In this document: one piece after another, positions 29,191 to 38,018 of the stretch | Layout: every line of letters begins with the position of its first letter | Numbering within the stretch: the stretch's first letter is position 1 | Assembly (NCBI GenBank): GCA_964616485.1 | Contig: CAZTRB010000005.1 | Location: 11,592-75,591 of the forward strand | Reading direction: 5' to 3' | Source of the DNA: an uncultured Muribaculaceae bacterium | GTDB taxonomy: Bacteria > Bacillota_I > Bacilli_A > RF39 > UBA660 | Length of the DNA stretch: 64,000 nucleotides | The notes under the pieces: generated by a model | Seen by the model: the letters and a program-made list of their open reading frames with translations, nothing else | Database searches by the model: none | What the model was told of the DNA's origin: nothing | Made by a program: the position numbers and the translations under genes

Positions 29191-29257
29191 AAATTACCTC
29201 CACTTATTACTCACAAAATTATAATACAATAGATTAAATAAAAAAGCAACTGTTTTT

Positions 29258-29271
29258 CGAACAATTGTTTG
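29258..29271. promoter_or_regulatory. candidate LexA (Cheo/SOS) box upstream of recA
   Basis: CGAACAATTGTTTG resembles Gram-positive SOS box CGAAC-N4-GTTCG (one half-site mismatch); ~8 bp upstream of putative -35 TTGCTT-17-TATTAT of recA. Confidence 0.4.
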
Positions 29272-29329
29272 TATTTAATGTTTTGTTGACACTTTGTATT
29301 AAAAAAATAAAATTTCTATAAAAGAAATT

Positions 29330-29938
29330 CTATTTTTCACGATCTTTATTAACAAAAATTATCTTTTTATTAATACTATAGTATTCAAACATAGACGTTA
29401 TAGATAATACTGTAGCAAAATATAATAAGAATTCAGCGGCTCTTATACCGATAAGTTCAAATGGTAAATTACCGAAAAATACTAACGAAATACCGATCAT
29501 TAACATTACTGTCTTCAATTTCCCGCTTCCTATTGCCGCTACTACCTTACCCTTAGCCGCAGCTTCCATCTTAATCGCATTAACGATTATATCTCTTAAT
29601 ACGATGACTATCGGTATTATAGCATCTATCTCATTTAATGAAGCTAAAATAATTAAAACTGAGTTAACTAAGATCTTATCAGCGATAGCATCTAACATCT
29701 TTCCCGTGTTAGTAATCAAACCTTTTTTTCTAGCGATATAACCGTCATAAAAATCAGTAAAAGACGCTATTAAAAAGATTACTCCACTAATAAGATATTT
29801 AGAATCTAAAACGACACTATCTGTTATCTTAATTATAGGAAAAACTATTCCTACTTCGTAAAATGGAAAAAGTAAGAGGATAATTAAAACAACAGCTAAT
29901 ACTATACGGGATAATGTTAATTTAATTGGTAAATTCAT
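29330..29938 (-). CDS. pgsA: CDP-diacylglycerol--glycerol-3-phosphate 3-phosphatidyltransferase
   Basis: CDP-alcohol phosphatidyltransferase motif DGYIARKKGLITNTGKMLDAIADK; multiple TM. Confidence 0.9.
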   Translation of the reverse strand: MNLPIKLTLSRIVLAVVLIILLLFPFYEVGIVFPIIKITDSVVLDSKYLISGVIFLIASFTDFYDGYIARKKGLITNTGKMLDAIADKILVNSVLIILASLNEIDAIIPIVIVLRDIIVNAIKMEAAAKGKVVAAIGSGKLKTVMLMIGISLVFFGNLPFELIGIRAAEFLLYFATVLSITSMFEYYSINKKIIFVNKDREK

Positions 29939-30416
29939 AATATAAACTCGCCCCCTTCTCGCTAAGAAGCTCTTCCGTTATCTTTCCTTTTTTAGGAAGT
30001 TTAATTAAGATTATTAAATATATTAATATTAAAAAAAATACTATAACACCCAAAGAAAAATAGACATATTTCTTATTTATTTTCTTTGCTTTTACCAATG
30101 TATATGGAGATACGACTTTCTTTTCTTTAGTATCTTTCTTTTGTGCTTCTAATATATCATCTAAAGATATTTTAGAAGTATGTTCAAATAAGAAATCATT
30201 AAACTCATCCAAGACATCTTCAGAATCAAGCCCCAGATATTTAGCATAGTAAGCAACAATTTCTTTCATCGATAAGACATCTTTAAAAGCTCTTACATTA
30301 CCGGCTTCTAAACTCTCTAGATCAAAACTATCTATCTTTAAATCATCAGCGGCTTCTTCGACACTAACACCGTTTCTCTCTCTCGTTTCTCTTAAATATT
30401 CACCAAGTTCTTTCAA
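29922..30416 (-). CDS. RodZ/YmfM-like membrane-anchored HTH (XRE-family) protein
   Basis: N-terminal HTH LGEYLRETRERNGVSVEEAADDLKI then single TM YFSLGVIVFFLILIYLIILI; conserved position upstream of pgsA as in Bacilli. Confidence 0.65.
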   Translation of the reverse strand: MKELGEYLRETRERNGVSVEEAADDLKIDSFDLESLEAGNVRAFKDVLSMKEIVAYYAKYLGLDSEDVLDEFNDFLFEHTSKISLDDILEAQKKDTKEKKVVSPYTLVKAKKINKKYVYFSLGVIVFFLILIYLIILIKLPKKGKITEELLSEKGASLYYEFTN

Positions 30417-30436
30417 CTGATCACCTCAATAAAAAA

Positions 30437-30788
30437 AATAATATTAATAAGCCATGTTCTGTTCCTATTTCTAGGCGACAAACATTTATCTACCGAATTA
30501 CTTCAGTCCTTAACTCCGTTTGATTCCTTCGTTAAAGTTCCTCTACCGAAATTTGAGTTTCTCGCTTGCGGGGTTTATCACGTTCCACTTCCATCGTTTC
30601 CAACTTGTTCGTCACTATGACACTTTATAGCTAATCTAGTCATATCCGAAGACTTAGACTATTTCGCCGCCGTTAGTTACCTACCTAGAGTTATTTTTTC
30701 CTCTAGCACAAACACTACAGACATCTCAGCCTGTGCGAGCATGGACTTTCCTCTATATTATTAAAAATACAGCGTTTGTCTTAATATT
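30437..30788 (-). ncRNA. rnpB: RNase P RNA, type B (Firmicutes)
   Basis: Reverse complement reads AGAGGAAAGTCCATGCTCGCACAGGCTGAGATG...GTGGAACG(T)GATAAACCCC...GCAAGCGAGAAACTCAAATTTCGGTAGAGGAAC...ACAGAACATGGCTTA, near-identical in conserved P4/P15/P18 regions to Bacillus subtilis RNase P RNA; ORF-free, GC-elevated 350-nt gap; gpsB-rnpB synteny as in B. subtilis. Confidence 0.92.
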
Positions 30789-31137
30789 ATTCATCTTTTC
30801 CATAAACAATTTTTTCAAGTTGTGATAACCTTCTAATGACATCAAGATTAGATAGATTCTTATTAGTATCGTCACACTCTGCTTCTTTAGCAATTTCTAG
30901 ACTAACTTTCAAATTTCTTATCTCTTGTTTTAAAGACATTATTTCATCGAGCAAAGACTCTTTCTCTTTCTCATAATCTTTTAACACCTTAAAAAATTGT
31001 TCATAATCTCCGATAATAAGATCTAAGTATTGATCAACTTCTTTTAATCGATACCCTCTAGTATCGATTTTAAATTCTTTTTCTAATATATCTTTCGAAG
31101 ACAGATTAAATTGTTCTTGATACATACTTTTCACCAA
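30787..31137 (-). CDS. gpsB: cell-cycle protein GpsB (DivIVA-domain)
   Basis: KDILEKEFKIDTRGYRLKEVDQYLDLIIGDYEQF DivIVA-like N-domain; C-terminal LDVIRRLSQLEKIVYGK GpsB tail. Confidence 0.8.
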   Translation of the reverse strand: MVKSMYQEQFNLSSKDILEKEFKIDTRGYRLKEVDQYLDLIIGDYEQFFKVLKDYEKEKESLLDEIMSLKQEIRNLKVSLEIAKEAECDDTNKNLSNLDVIRRLSQLEKIVYGKDE

Positions 31138-31291
31138 TCCCTTACGTTAACATTATCTAATATAATACGTTTTTTGTCAATGAAACATATTAGCTAATAT
31201 AAGGTTTATCATTATTTTTCTAATATAGTAGAATTTTTCTATAAAATATAGTATAATTTATGAGTATAATTATGTTATACAAGGAGATTAA

Positions 31292-31864
31292 ATGAATTAT
31301 CCAAAAGGCGTAAAAGTAATAGAAAATAAAAACTATAGATACGATAATAGAGGTATGATCTTAGAAGAAGACATAAACCTCTCTAATCAATATTATATAA
31401 ATAAGAAGATAGCCTATATATATAAGAGACCCACTCCAATACAAGCTACTAAGACGGAATATCGGAACAATAAAAAGATTATTAAAGAGGCTTTTTTTAA
31501 GGAGTCCTCTACTACCGATTATAACGGTCTTTATAAAGGAATATATATAGATTTTGAGGCTAAGGAGACGAGAAGTAAGACTTCTTTTCCATTAAGTAAC
31601 ATTCATAACCATCAAATAGAACATTTAACAAATGTCTTAGATAATGGTGGGTTGGCTTTCTTTATAATTAGATTTACTACTTTGGATAAGACTTTTTTAT
31701 TAACAGCAAAAGACTTTATAGAATATTTTCAGACTAGTAAAAGAAAATCTATTCCTTTAGATTATTTTAATGAAAGAGCATATCTTATCAAAGAGGGCTA
31801 CAATATTAGATTAGACTATATTAAAATAGTAGATATACTATTGGGAGGTACAAATGAGTGCTAA
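31292..31864 (+). CDS. recU: Holliday junction resolvase RecU
   Basis: GMILEEDINLSNQYY...YKGIYIDFEAKET...HQIEHL core; upstream of ponA as in Bacilli. Confidence 0.85.
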   Translation: MNYPKGVKVIENKNYRYDNRGMILEEDINLSNQYYINKKIAYIYKRPTPIQATKTEYRNNKKIIKEAFFKESSTTDYNGLYKGIYIDFEAKETRSKTSFPLSNIHNHQIEHLTNVLDNGGLAFFIIRFTTLDKTFLLTAKDFIEYFQTSKRKSIPLDYFNERAYLIKEGYNIRLDYIKIVDILLGGTNEC

Positions 31865-34652
31865 AAAGAGAAACAATAAAAAGAAATTATCGATAAAAAG
31901 AAATGTTAGGGATTTGATAATATTTACAATAATCGCTACTATTTTAGGATTAGTATTTATGAACTTAGTTTTTACTCTTCTTATGTTAGTAGGTATTTTC
32001 ATAATATTAAAACTATCTATATACTTAAGTAAAAAGAAAAAGAAGAAATCTTTTAGAATAATCTTAAATACTTTGGTTGCTATTATCTTAATTGGTTCAA
32101 TTGCAGTAGTCATCGGTGGTGCGTGGTTCTTAAATCGCGTCGTTAAAAATTCGCCAGAATTTAATGAAGAGGTATTATCGATGTCACAAACGACAAAGAT
32201 ATTCGATATGAATGGTGTTGAAATTACCGAATTAGGTACGGAAAAAAGAGAGATAATAAAGTTCGAAGACATGAGCGAAGTCTTAATAGACGCTCTAGTC
32301 GCTACTGAGGATTCTAGATTCTTTCAACATAACGGATTTGATGCTCCTCGTTTCTTAGCCGCTTCTGTCAAACAAATTTTAGGACAAAAAGATGCCGGTG
32401 GTGCTTCGACTATTACGATGCAAGTAGCTAAAAACAGTTATAACAAAGATAGATCTAATGTAGCATCTGGTACTGAAGGTATCGAACGTAAATTTAGTGA
32501 TATTTACTTAGCCGTATTTAAAATAGAAAAAAACTATTCTAAACAAGAGATCTTAGAGTTCTATATAAACAACCACTTCTTGGCAAACAATGCTTATGGA
32601 GTAGAACAAGCTAGTAAAATATATTTTAATAAGAAAGCTAGTCAATTAACGTTGTCTGAAGCGGCTCTTATAGTAGGAATGTTCCAAGCACCTAGTGCTA
32701 CTGATCCTTTTAAGTATCCAGAAACGGCTACTAAAAGAAGAGCCGAAGTATTATATTTAATGCAGACTCACGGATACATAACTAAAGAAGAAAGAGATAT
32801 TGCAAATGCAATACCCGTAAAATCACTTTTATTTTCGACAGCCGAAGAACAAAAATTTTATTCTTATTTAAATACTGTCGTTGAAGAAGCAATCAAGAAG
32901 TATGACGTTAATCCACATACTAGTTCTTTATTAGTATATACGAATATGAATAGATCATATCAAACTATAATCGATGATGTCTTTAGTGGAGCTACCTTTA
33001 ACTGGGAAAACCCTGTCGTTCAAGCGGGAGTCACACTTATGGACGTAAATACTGGTAAAATATTAGCTATCGGAGCCGGTAGAAACCAAACGGGTAATAG
33101 AAACCATAACTATGCTACTAGTTCAAAAAGACAAATCGGATCTGTAGCAAAACCGTTATTCGACTATGGTCCTGGTTTTGAATATAACAACTGGTCTACT
33201 TATACATTGTTCGATGATTCACGTTATTATTACTCGACTGGACAAGAATTAAGAAACTCAGATCGTGGTTATATGGGAACGATTACACTTAGAACCGCTC
33301 TTGCACAATCAAGAAATATACCAGCATTAAAAGCCTTCCAACAAGTAAATAAAAAACAAGTCTTTGACTTCGTCGATTCTCTTGGTGTAAGCATGGAACC
33401 TGACGCTTATAAGTCTAAATATCTACATGAAGCATATTCGATTGGTGCTTACACTGGATCTAATCCATTAGAGATGGCTGGAGCTTTTGCAGCTTTTGCT
33501 AACGGAGGGTTCTATTACGAACCGTATACTATTAACAAGATTGTCTTTAGAGATACGGGAGAAGTTCTAACAAACGAGTCTACGAAACAAAAAGTCATGA
33601 GTAGTTCAACTGCTTTCATGATGAACGACGTCTTAAAGACTGCAGTTAATAGTGGGCTAAGTGGTGCTGCTAAAATAAACGGTGTTAACATCGCTGCAAA
33701 GACGGGGACGACGAACCATACACCAGCTACATTACAAACTTTCGGATTACCAGGTAGTGCTTTAAACGATGCTTGGGTAGTCGGTTATGATACTAAGTTA
33801 GTCCTTTCTATCTGGTACGGATACGAACCTATAAGTCGACAATATTATACGACTAGTAATTCCGCTTATGTACAAAGAAAAGCACTATTCTCGGCTATTG
33901 GAGGAAAGATATTCCAAAGAGATGGATCGGACTTTCCAATGCCAAACACTGTCGTAAAAGTAGCTATCGAGATGGGAACTAACCCTGCTAAATTAGCTAG
34001 TCAATATACCCCTTCCGATAAAATAGTCTATGAATATTTTAAGAAAGGAACAGAGCCCACCGAAGAGTCGACAGTATACAAGAAGATGAATGCTCCTAGC
34101 AATCTCTCCTTGAGTTATGAACCTTCTACTAAAAACTTAATCTTAAATTGGAACTCAGCAGGTAACAAAGCAGATGACGATCTCGGTCTCGGTGCGCTAG
34201 GATATAAGATATATAAGAATGATGCTTATATAGACTTTACAACGAGTACTTCCTATACGATTAAAAACACTAGTAACCCAAATGGTATCTATTCAATTAG
34301 AGCCGGTTACCAACATAGTGATCAAAACAATAGTGGTGCTATATCTAAAGAGTTCTCTTTAGATAATATGAGTACTTATGATGCCACTTTAAACGTTCCA
34401 GCTAATAAGACTTATAGAGTAGGAGATTCTTTAGAAGCATATGATTTAAATCCAGGTGCTGGCGACGTAAAACTTCTTAAAGATGGAGTAGTTACCGTTG
34501 GAACTGTAGCAATATCAATTAAAAATAAAGACGGAGACACCGTCTCTGGTATCGATACAATAGATGTTGACAAATATACGATAACATATGTAGTAAGCTA
34601 TAAGAGTGCTTATACAAAAACATTAACGAGAACCGTTACTATAGATCCATAA
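31854..34652 (+). CDS. ponA: class A penicillin-binding protein 1A (transglycosylase + transpeptidase) with C-terminal extension
   Basis: GT51 motifs EDSRFFQHNGFD, ITMQVAKN; transpeptidase SVAKP (SxxK), SRN, KTGT; ~250-aa Ser/Thr-rich C-terminal extension. Confidence 0.92.
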   Translation: MSAKKRNNKKKLSIKRNVRDLIIFTIIATILGLVFMNLVFTLLMLVGIFIILKLSIYLSKKKKKKSFRIILNTLVAIILIGSIAVVIGGAWFLNRVVKNSPEFNEEVLSMSQTTKIFDMNGVEITELGTEKREIIKFEDMSEVLIDALVATEDSRFFQHNGFDAPRFLAASVKQILGQKDAGGASTITMQVAKNSYNKDRSNVASGTEGIERKFSDIYLAVFKIEKNYSKQEILEFYINNHFLANNAYGVEQASKIYFNKKASQLTLSEAALIVGMFQAPSATDPFKYPETATKRRAEVLYLMQTHGYITKEERDIANAIPVKSLLFSTAEEQKFYSYLNTVVEEAIKKYDVNPHTSSLLVYTNMNRSYQTIIDDVFSGATFNWENPVVQAGVTLMDVNTGKILAIGAGRNQTGNRNHNYATSSKRQIGSVAKPLFDYGPGFEYNNWSTYTLFDDSRYYYSTGQELRNSDRGYMGTITLRTALAQSRNIPALKAFQQVNKKQVFDFVDSLGVSMEPDAYKSKYLHEAYSIGAYTGSNPLEMAGAFAAFANGGFYYEPYTINKIVFRDTGEVLTNESTKQKVMSSSTAFMMNDVLKTAVNSGLSGAAKINGVNIAAKTGTTNHTPATLQTFGLPGSALNDAWVVGYDTKLVLSIWYGYEPISRQYYTTSNSAYVQRKALFSAIGGKIFQRDGSDFPMPNTVVKVAIEMGTNPAKLASQYTPSDKIVYEYFKKGTEPTEESTVYKKMNAPSNLSLSYEPSTKNLILNWNSAGNKADDDLGLGALGYKIYKNDAYIDFTTSTSYTIKNTSNPNGIYSIRAGYQHSDQNNSGAISKEFSLDNMSTYDATLNVPANKTYRVGDSLEAYDLNPGAGDVKLLKDGVVTVGTVAISIKNKDGDTVSGIDTIDVDKYTITYVVSYKSAYTKTLTRTVTIDP

Positions 34653-34657
34653 ATTAA

Positions 34658-34682
34658 AGTAGAGAATACTCTACTTTTTTTA
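34658..34682. terminator. terminator between ponA and nth
   Basis: agtagag-aata-ctctact stem followed by T7. Confidence 0.6.
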
Positions 34683-34694
34683 ATAAAAAAAAGC

Positions 34695-35333
34695 CTATTT
34701 AAGACTTTGTTTATAATACTTGCATATCTCTTGTAATTTACAAGAAGAACATTCTGGTTTTATAGCTTTACAATTATATCTTCCAAATAAGACTAATTGA
34801 TGATGAAGCTTACACCAGTTTTTCTTTGCAAATTTTTTCATTAACTTCTGTTCGATAACTTCTACCGAATCTTCTTCTTTGACTAAGTTTAATCTCTTAC
34901 TAACTCTAGCTACATGAGTATCAACAGCAATTGCTGGATAATCAAATAGATTACTTAAAACGACATTAGCAGTCTTTCTTCCTACTCCAGGAAGAACTTC
35001 TAAGTCTTCTCTGTTATTAGGAACAACACTACTATGTTTATCTATTAATATTTTAGCGATATCTTTGATGAAAATACTCTTCTTATTAAAAGTACCTATC
35101 GGTTTAATTATATTAGCAATATCTTCTACTGAACCTTCACTTAACTTAAATAAAGTGTCATATTTAGAAAAAAGTTCTGGAGTAACACTATTTACCCTCT
35201 TATCCGTCGTCTGAGCACTAAGAACTACTGCAATTAACAACTCATAGTCTTTATTATAATTAAGTTCACATCTAGGATTAGGATACTTTTCATCTAAATA
35301 ATCTTCTATTTTTTTAATTTTCACGCTCTTCAT
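34695..35333 (-). CDS. nth: endonuclease III
   Basis: HhH-GPD LPGVGRKTANVV, catalytic AVDTHV, 4Fe-4S cluster CKAIKPECSSCKLQEIC; start set at MKSVKIKK by alignment (ORF track extends to 35360). Confidence 0.9.
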   Translation of the reverse strand: MKSVKIKKIEDYLDEKYPNPRCELNYNKDYELLIAVVLSAQTTDKRVNSVTPELFSKYDTLFKLSEGSVEDIANIIKPIGTFNKKSIFIKDIAKILIDKHSSVVPNNREDLEVLPGVGRKTANVVLSNLFDYPAIAVDTHVARVSKRLNLVKEEDSVEVIEQKLMKKFAKKNWCKLHHQLVLFGRYNCKAIKPECSSCKLQEICKYYKQSLK

Positions 35334-35979
35334 CCATCCAGTCATAATCGAAGATATCAATCTTTTCTACCTCTTTTTTATTTTGATACTCTTTCTTGTT
35401 CTTTACTACATCTTCTCTAGTCTTAATACCTTTCTTACCCCACTCATAAAGAATCTTGTCGATATAACGAAGTTCTGGAACACCATTAAATACCGCTTCT
35501 TTAACAGCTTCTTTGACCATCTCTTCACTATAATTCATATCTTGCCATGCTTTTACTATCTCATATTGCATAGGCGATAAGGGCTTACCTAATTCACTCT
35601 CTAATAAACTATAAACGTTATATTCCTTAGTAATTTCATTATTAATATCCTCTATAAAGTAAGTCGCTATCTTTTCAAAGAAACGATCGAGAGATATATA
35701 CTCTTCAGTGACATTTTTCTCATTTTTAACGACTTTAATATTAATTAAATCCTTTTCTTTTAACAAAGAAACATATCTTAAGACTTCTTTAGGAGTAGTA
35801 CCAAAGTCTGCAGAGAACTTATTAATATCGAATAATAATTCCGTACTTAAACCATTTAAATACATCAAAAAGATAAATGTCTCTGAATCGATACCTAACT
35901 TTTTATAAAACTTATATAAATTAAGCGGTATAACGACATTCTTTCCTTTCATAATATCCAAGATCTTTTCTTGTTTCAT
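35314..35979 (-). CDS. dnaD: DnaD-domain replication initiation/membrane attachment protein
   Basis: C-terminal DnaD/DnaB domain YEIVKAWQDMNYSEEMVKEAVKEAVFNGVPELRYIDKILYEWGKKGIKTRED; dnaD-nth synteny. Confidence 0.75.
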   Translation of the reverse strand: MKQEKILDIMKGKNVVIPLNLYKFYKKLGIDSETFIFLMYLNGLSTELLFDINKFSADFGTTPKEVLRYVSLLKEKDLINIKVVKNEKNVTEEYISLDRFFEKIATYFIEDINNEITKEYNVYSLLESELGKPLSPMQYEIVKAWQDMNYSEEMVKEAVKEAVFNGVPELRYIDKILYEWGKKGIKTREDVVKNKKEYQNKKEVEKIDIFDYDWMDEEREN

Positions 35980-35987
35980 AAATCCCC

Positions 35988-37067
35988 CTAATAGTTTTTC
36001 TTAATATAGTCAATTATTACTCTATTGTCATTTTCTAAATTACCCTTTAATATTTTATCTTCAATATCTGTGAATATCATCGCTATTTTTAATTTGGAAT
36101 CGACCACTTCTAAGATCTCATTTCCTTTGATGTTAATATCTCTTTTAGAATATATAGGTAAAGAGCTATATTTCTCCGTTATAGCAAGACGATCTTTACC
36201 TAAGATATCTGCCGCTACTTGATTAATATAAAGACCATACTTATATAGTGTCTTTCTACTTATACCAGTCTTAACGACACTCTTAATATTTTTAATAATC
36301 TCTTTCTCATGCTTAGTAAAATTATATCTATCGGAGACATCGATCGATGACCATGCTCCTAAAAGATCGCTTTTAAAGACTATTTTCTCTAGATTATATA
36401 GTTCCAATTCCTTATCTAAACCTAATTCTAAAAGAAGAGATACTCCATAAGAAGCGTTCGGATTAGAAAATATTTTATCTAACTCTTGTCTCTTTCTCTC
36501 ATAAGATAAACCTACTAAATTTTGTTTAGTATCTATTATAGCTTTTTTTACTTCATCACACAACTTAAAATTTAGTGAAGTAGCAAATCTCACAGCCCTT
36601 AATATTCTAAGAGAGTCTTGCTCAAACTTATCATAAGCATTACCCACCGTCTTTATAATCTTGTTGTCGATGTCTTCCATACCATTTAGAAGATCTAGTA
36701 TACTTCCTTTGCTATCGATACATAGAGTATTTATCGTAAAGTCTCTTCTTTTTAAGTCCTCTACTAAATCATCGATATATTCTATCTCGACAGGTATTCT
36801 ATTATTATGATATTTTATCTCTCTACGGAAGGTCGTTATCTCAAATCTTTTACCATGAGAATAAACGGTAATTGCACCATAATTTTCATTTGGTAACAAT
36901 CCTTCTTCAAAAATCTTTAACAACTCCTGTGGTTTAGCATTAGTCGTTATATCGACGTCTAAAGAAGACATACCTAAAATATAATCTCTTACGAATCCTC
37001 CTACTATGTAAGCCTGAAAACCTGAACTCTCTAATTTTTTTAATAATTTTAATGAAGTCTTTAACAT
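35988..37067 (-). CDS. cca: CCA-adding tRNA nucleotidyltransferase
   Basis: GGFVRDYILGMSSLDVDITT polymerase-beta nucleotidyltransferase motif; 359 aa. Confidence 0.85.
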   Translation of the reverse strand: MLKTSLKLLKKLESSGFQAYIVGGFVRDYILGMSSLDVDITTNAKPQELLKIFEEGLLPNENYGAITVYSHGKRFEITTFRREIKYHNNRIPVEIEYIDDLVEDLKRRDFTINTLCIDSKGSILDLLNGMEDIDNKIIKTVGNAYDKFEQDSLRILRAVRFATSLNFKLCDEVKKAIIDTKQNLVGLSYERKRQELDKIFSNPNASYGVSLLLELGLDKELELYNLEKIVFKSDLLGAWSSIDVSDRYNFTKHEKEIIKNIKSVVKTGISRKTLYKYGLYINQVAADILGKDRLAITEKYSSLPIYSKRDINIKGNEILEVVDSKLKIAMIFTDIEDKILKGNLENDNRVIIDYIKKNY

Positions 37068-37080
37068 CGCATCTCCTCTG

Positions 37081-37560
37081 TTAATAATTATTATCTAAAT
37101 AAGTTATAATCTCTTTAATATCTTTTTCAAATAAAGTACCGAAAGCTAAGTCGATATACCATTCTTTCGTTTCTTTAATATATTTATCGATAAAATTTTT
37201 ATTAGCAAGGACAACCTCTTTAAGATTACAAAGACGATCCGCTAATTTAACGGTCTTGGCAGCTTCATTTAAAGAGATTCTCTCTATATAGTTAGACATA
37301 TCATAATTATCTTCTTTAGTAAGTAAAACGACTATATTAGCTATCTCAACACTCGTTAAAGAAGATAACTCTTCATAAGTAGTATCCGTATCTTCTAAAA
37401 GATCATGACATAGAGCAATGACCTGATATTTTTCATCAAAGCCTTTTTCTTTTAAAAGAAGAGATACAGAAAAAGGATGTAAATAATAAGGTGTCCCTTG
37501 AATTCTCTTTTGATCGGCATGTTTTAGTTTAACGAATTCTCTTATATTATCTATATTCAT
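37081..37560 (-). CDS. small HD-domain protein, RelA/SpoT-type hydrolase fold (possible small alarmone hydrolase)
   Basis: HPFSVSLLL...IALCHDLLEDTDTTYEEL (HD...HDxxED) in a 159-aa protein. Confidence 0.55.
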   Translation of the reverse strand: MNIDNIREFVKLKHADQKRIQGTPYYLHPFSVSLLLKEKGFDEKYQVIALCHDLLEDTDTTYEELSSLTSVEIANIVVLLTKEDNYDMSNYIERISLNEAAKTVKLADRLCNLKEVVLANKNFIDKYIKETKEWYIDLAFGTLFEKDIKEIITYLDNNY

Positions 37561-37607
37561 ATAGCCCTCTATTAATATTATATCATGTATTATAATGACA
37601 GCAAAAC

Positions 37608-37642
37608 ACTAAAACAAAAAAAAAGAAAAGTAAACCTTTTCT
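37608..37642 (-). terminator. hup intrinsic terminator
   Basis: gaaaag-taaac-cttttc stem then T-run of 8+ on minus strand. Confidence 0.6.
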
Positions 37643-37648
37643 TTCTTA

Positions 37649-37921
37649 CTAGTTAACTGCTTCTTTTAATGCTGTACCAGCTTTAAAAGTAACGGCTTTT
37701 CTCGCAGCAATTTTAACTTTTGCTCCTGTTTGTGGGTTACGTCCCTCTCTTGCTTTTCTATGTGAAACTCCGAAAGTTCCAAATCCAGCAACTGGTACCT
37801 TGTTCCCCTTTGCTAATGCATTAGAAATAGTATTAAATACTGCGTCTAAAGCACGTGTTGCATCAGCTTTTGTAAGTCCCGTTTCTTTTGCAACTGCTTC
37901 TACTAAATCTGCCTTTTTCAT
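37649..37921 (-). CDS. hup: DNA-binding protein HU
   Basis: MKKADLVEAVAKETGLTKADATRALDAVF...GFGTFGVSHRKAREGRNPQTGAKVKIAA; GC-richer codons typical of a highly expressed gene. Confidence 0.97.
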   Translation of the reverse strand: MKKADLVEAVAKETGLTKADATRALDAVFNTISNALAKGNKVPVAGFGTFGVSHRKAREGRNPQTGAKVKIAARKAVTFKAGTALKEAVN

Positions 37922-38018
37922 TATATTACCTCCTCCTTTTAAGCATAATATGCTTACATATACAAAATATCACAAATTATTTGTAAAATCAACATATTAT
38001 ACGTATTTTTCAATATAT

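Noticed and set aside
30417-30786. tmRNA or 6S RNA in the GC-rich ORF-free gap
   Set aside because: The sequence aligns segment-by-segment with type-B RNase P RNA (AGGAAAGTCCATGCTCGCAC..., GTGGAACG.GATAAACCCC, GCGAGAAAC.CAAATTT.GGTAG). There is no tag-peptide reading frame and no tRNA-like 3' CCA end.
31838-32272. 144-aa minus-strand ORF overlapping recU 3' end and ponA 5' end
   Set aside because: It is entirely antisense to two well-supported genes, has a low-complexity hydrophobic translation and no RBS.
34653-34694. Second hairpin near 34683-34694 as a separate nth terminator
   Set aside because: No convincing stem could be formed. The 34658-34682 hairpin with flanking A/T runs can serve both strands.
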